This document shows positions 62,265-64,000 of a stretch of DNA of 64,000 nt, piece after piece. The position numbers were made by a program, and so were the translations under genes. Positions within the stretch are counted from its first letter, which is position 1. Every line of letters begins with the position of its first letter. The stretch lies in the NCBI GenBank assembly GCA_003971905.1, contig RSEE01000025.1, forward strand, positions 62,001-126,000, in the 5' to 3' direction. The notes below the pieces were generated by a model. It made no database searches. It was not told where the DNA came from and saw only the letters and a program-made list of their open reading frames with translations. This stretch comes from Moniliella sp. 'wahieum'. Its lineage: Eukaryota.

Positions 62265-64000
62265 TCACCCCTGGACGCTGAGGGCCGGACGAACGTAGGC
62301 CCGAGTTGGGATGCGGTCCTGCACCTGGATTGTGATGGGAAGCGAGAGGGGCAGCACCGGTACGTTGATGCAACGCCTCGTGCCCTTCCCCCCTCGAGTT
62401 GGTGGTGCACCCTCAGCCTGTCCCTGGGCTTGTTTCTCGGCACCTTGACCAGTTTGGGCCATGTGCTCTTTGGCTTGAGCAACAAGATGCTTGGCCGACT
62501 GGTGAAACATGGCGCAAATTAGCTGGGCCAATTCGTGCTGAGAAGGCACATCGTCGCAAGCGACCGCGACGGAGAACTCGCCAGCATACGAGATCATGCC
62601 GATTGCGAGCGTCGATTTGCCCGGCGACGAGGGAGGCAGGACAAAGTAGCGTTGAGCGACATGGGGCCCAAACTGGACTGGTTTCGGCGGGCCAGGTACG
62701 TTGGTGGCGATTTGGTACTCGCGTACGCCTTCTGGAAGACCTCGTGCACAAGGGGGTAGGAAGGCACAAAGAGAATGCGCCTGGCCGAGAGCACGTCGGC
62801 CATCTCGTACCATACTCGGGGCAGATAGGATTTCTTGATGATTTCATCTCGTCGTGCACTTGCTGCAAACGCTGCTGAGCGGACAAGGCCGGGTTGAGCT
62901 CAAACCAGGCAATCGCGCCGGTGGTCAAGTTGGTCAAGGAGTAGTCGCCCTTTCGCCGCAAACTGATGGGTACCATGATGGGAATTCGCTTGTCCTTGGG
63001 CGTGTTCCCGTCCGGGTTCGACTGCGCGGCCGCGAGGGCCATGGCCTTACTGAGTACAGCACAGGCCACATCATTCAACGTAAGTCGATCCTCAGGCGTC
63101 GAGAAGGCTTCGCGGACCAGCTTGATGTCCGCCATGGAGATCCCCTGCGAGTGCGCGTAGCGGCGGCCATACGCACGTTTTCTTGGTTGAGAATATGTAA
63201 ATCCTTACGTCGGCGGAAGTACAACCCCTTAACTGTGCGCACTCCATGACGCATTGTGCCGCCTAGCGAGGGCTTGACCCCGCGACTGCCGGGTATCTTA
63301 CGATCGGGCTGGGTATCGTACTTGTGCATCACCTCCGTCTTACTAGCACCAGTGGCCATCGCCTCGAGTGCGATGCCGTACGACTGAATTAGACCTTGTC
63401 CATCGGCCACACCATGGTGGATCTTAATCAACAATGCCGAGCGCGAGCCATCGTTGGTCTCGATCCCACGCACAATGAGCGCCTCCCACAACGGCTTAGC
63501 ATAATTATAGTGCCGGGCTAAGAATTTGCCCGCCTAGAGCGTATGCTCGCGTTAGCCTTTAAATTCAACGCTGGTAGTGTAAGGACCCAGAGAGGAAAGA
63601 AGAGGTGAACGTACAATGTCAAACAACGCAGCGTCATCATTCTCGGGCGCAACACAGTCAAGTGTCTCGATATTCTCCCTTACGTCAAAGTCGTCAAGGA
63701 TGCGCCATTTGGCGGGACGGAACTTACTGCCCACCTTGAGAGTGTGGGCCCATTTTGTGCGCCGACCATCGTCAAAGTGGGACTTGCGGGCCCGGATGCC
63801 AGCCTCCTTGAACAGCCGCTGGCGATCGTCCGCCGCGGCACTCGTGGTGGGTTCTTCCGGCAACTGTTGATCACCAGCAACAGCGGATTCGTGTTGGGAG
63901 GGATGAAGGCAGGCGGTCCTCGGGCTAGGCGGTTCAATGCCCGATCGTGATCGACGGCTTTGCGCGGGTCCATCTCCAAGACGTACCGATATTTAGGGAA
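62265..64000 (-). CDS. Wax ester synthase/diacylglycerol acyltransferase (WS/DGAT), 5'-partial
   Basis: PLWEALIVRG, LLIKIHHGVADGQG (HHxxxDG), LTLNDV, MVPISLR, ATNVPGP and GMISYAGEF. Intron about 63535-63615. Confidence 0.88.

Overview
Gene-dense, GC-rich eukaryotic DNA with short GT-AG introns, from a basidiomycete yeast. It is most likely Moniliella or a close relative, judged from the aldo-keto reductase, which closely resembles Moniliella erythrose reductases as I recall them. Recognisable protein genes: CENP-C/Mif2, a secreted heparinase II/III-like lyase, erythrose reductase, TMEM135-like, FMP42, histone H3, NDUFA12, CDC45, 2-methylcitrate dehydratase, a Zn2Cys6 factor, a metacaspase homolog, an Est1/SMG6-like PIN protein, ATG4, NAP1, RPL42, TERT, glycogen phosphorylase and a WS/DGAT. 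There are also four intron-containing tRNA loci and probable pseudogenes of HIS3, lysyl-tRNA synthetase and ACBP. Almost every CDS has 1-nt frameshifts typical of an unpolished long-read consensus, so gene ends are approximate. Most notable: (1) a recurring intergenic 7-bp grammar of TGA/TCA/TAA plus a variable 4-bp palindrome; (2) an internally deleted KRS1 copy bracketed by an exact 23-bp direct repeat; (3) a solitary histone H3 with F78W next to K79; (4) a tRNA-Val lacking its 5' acceptor strand; (5) a metacaspase with the catalytic His replaced by Arg; (6) TERT about 10 kb from an Est1/SMG6 homolog. None is proven to be a new system.
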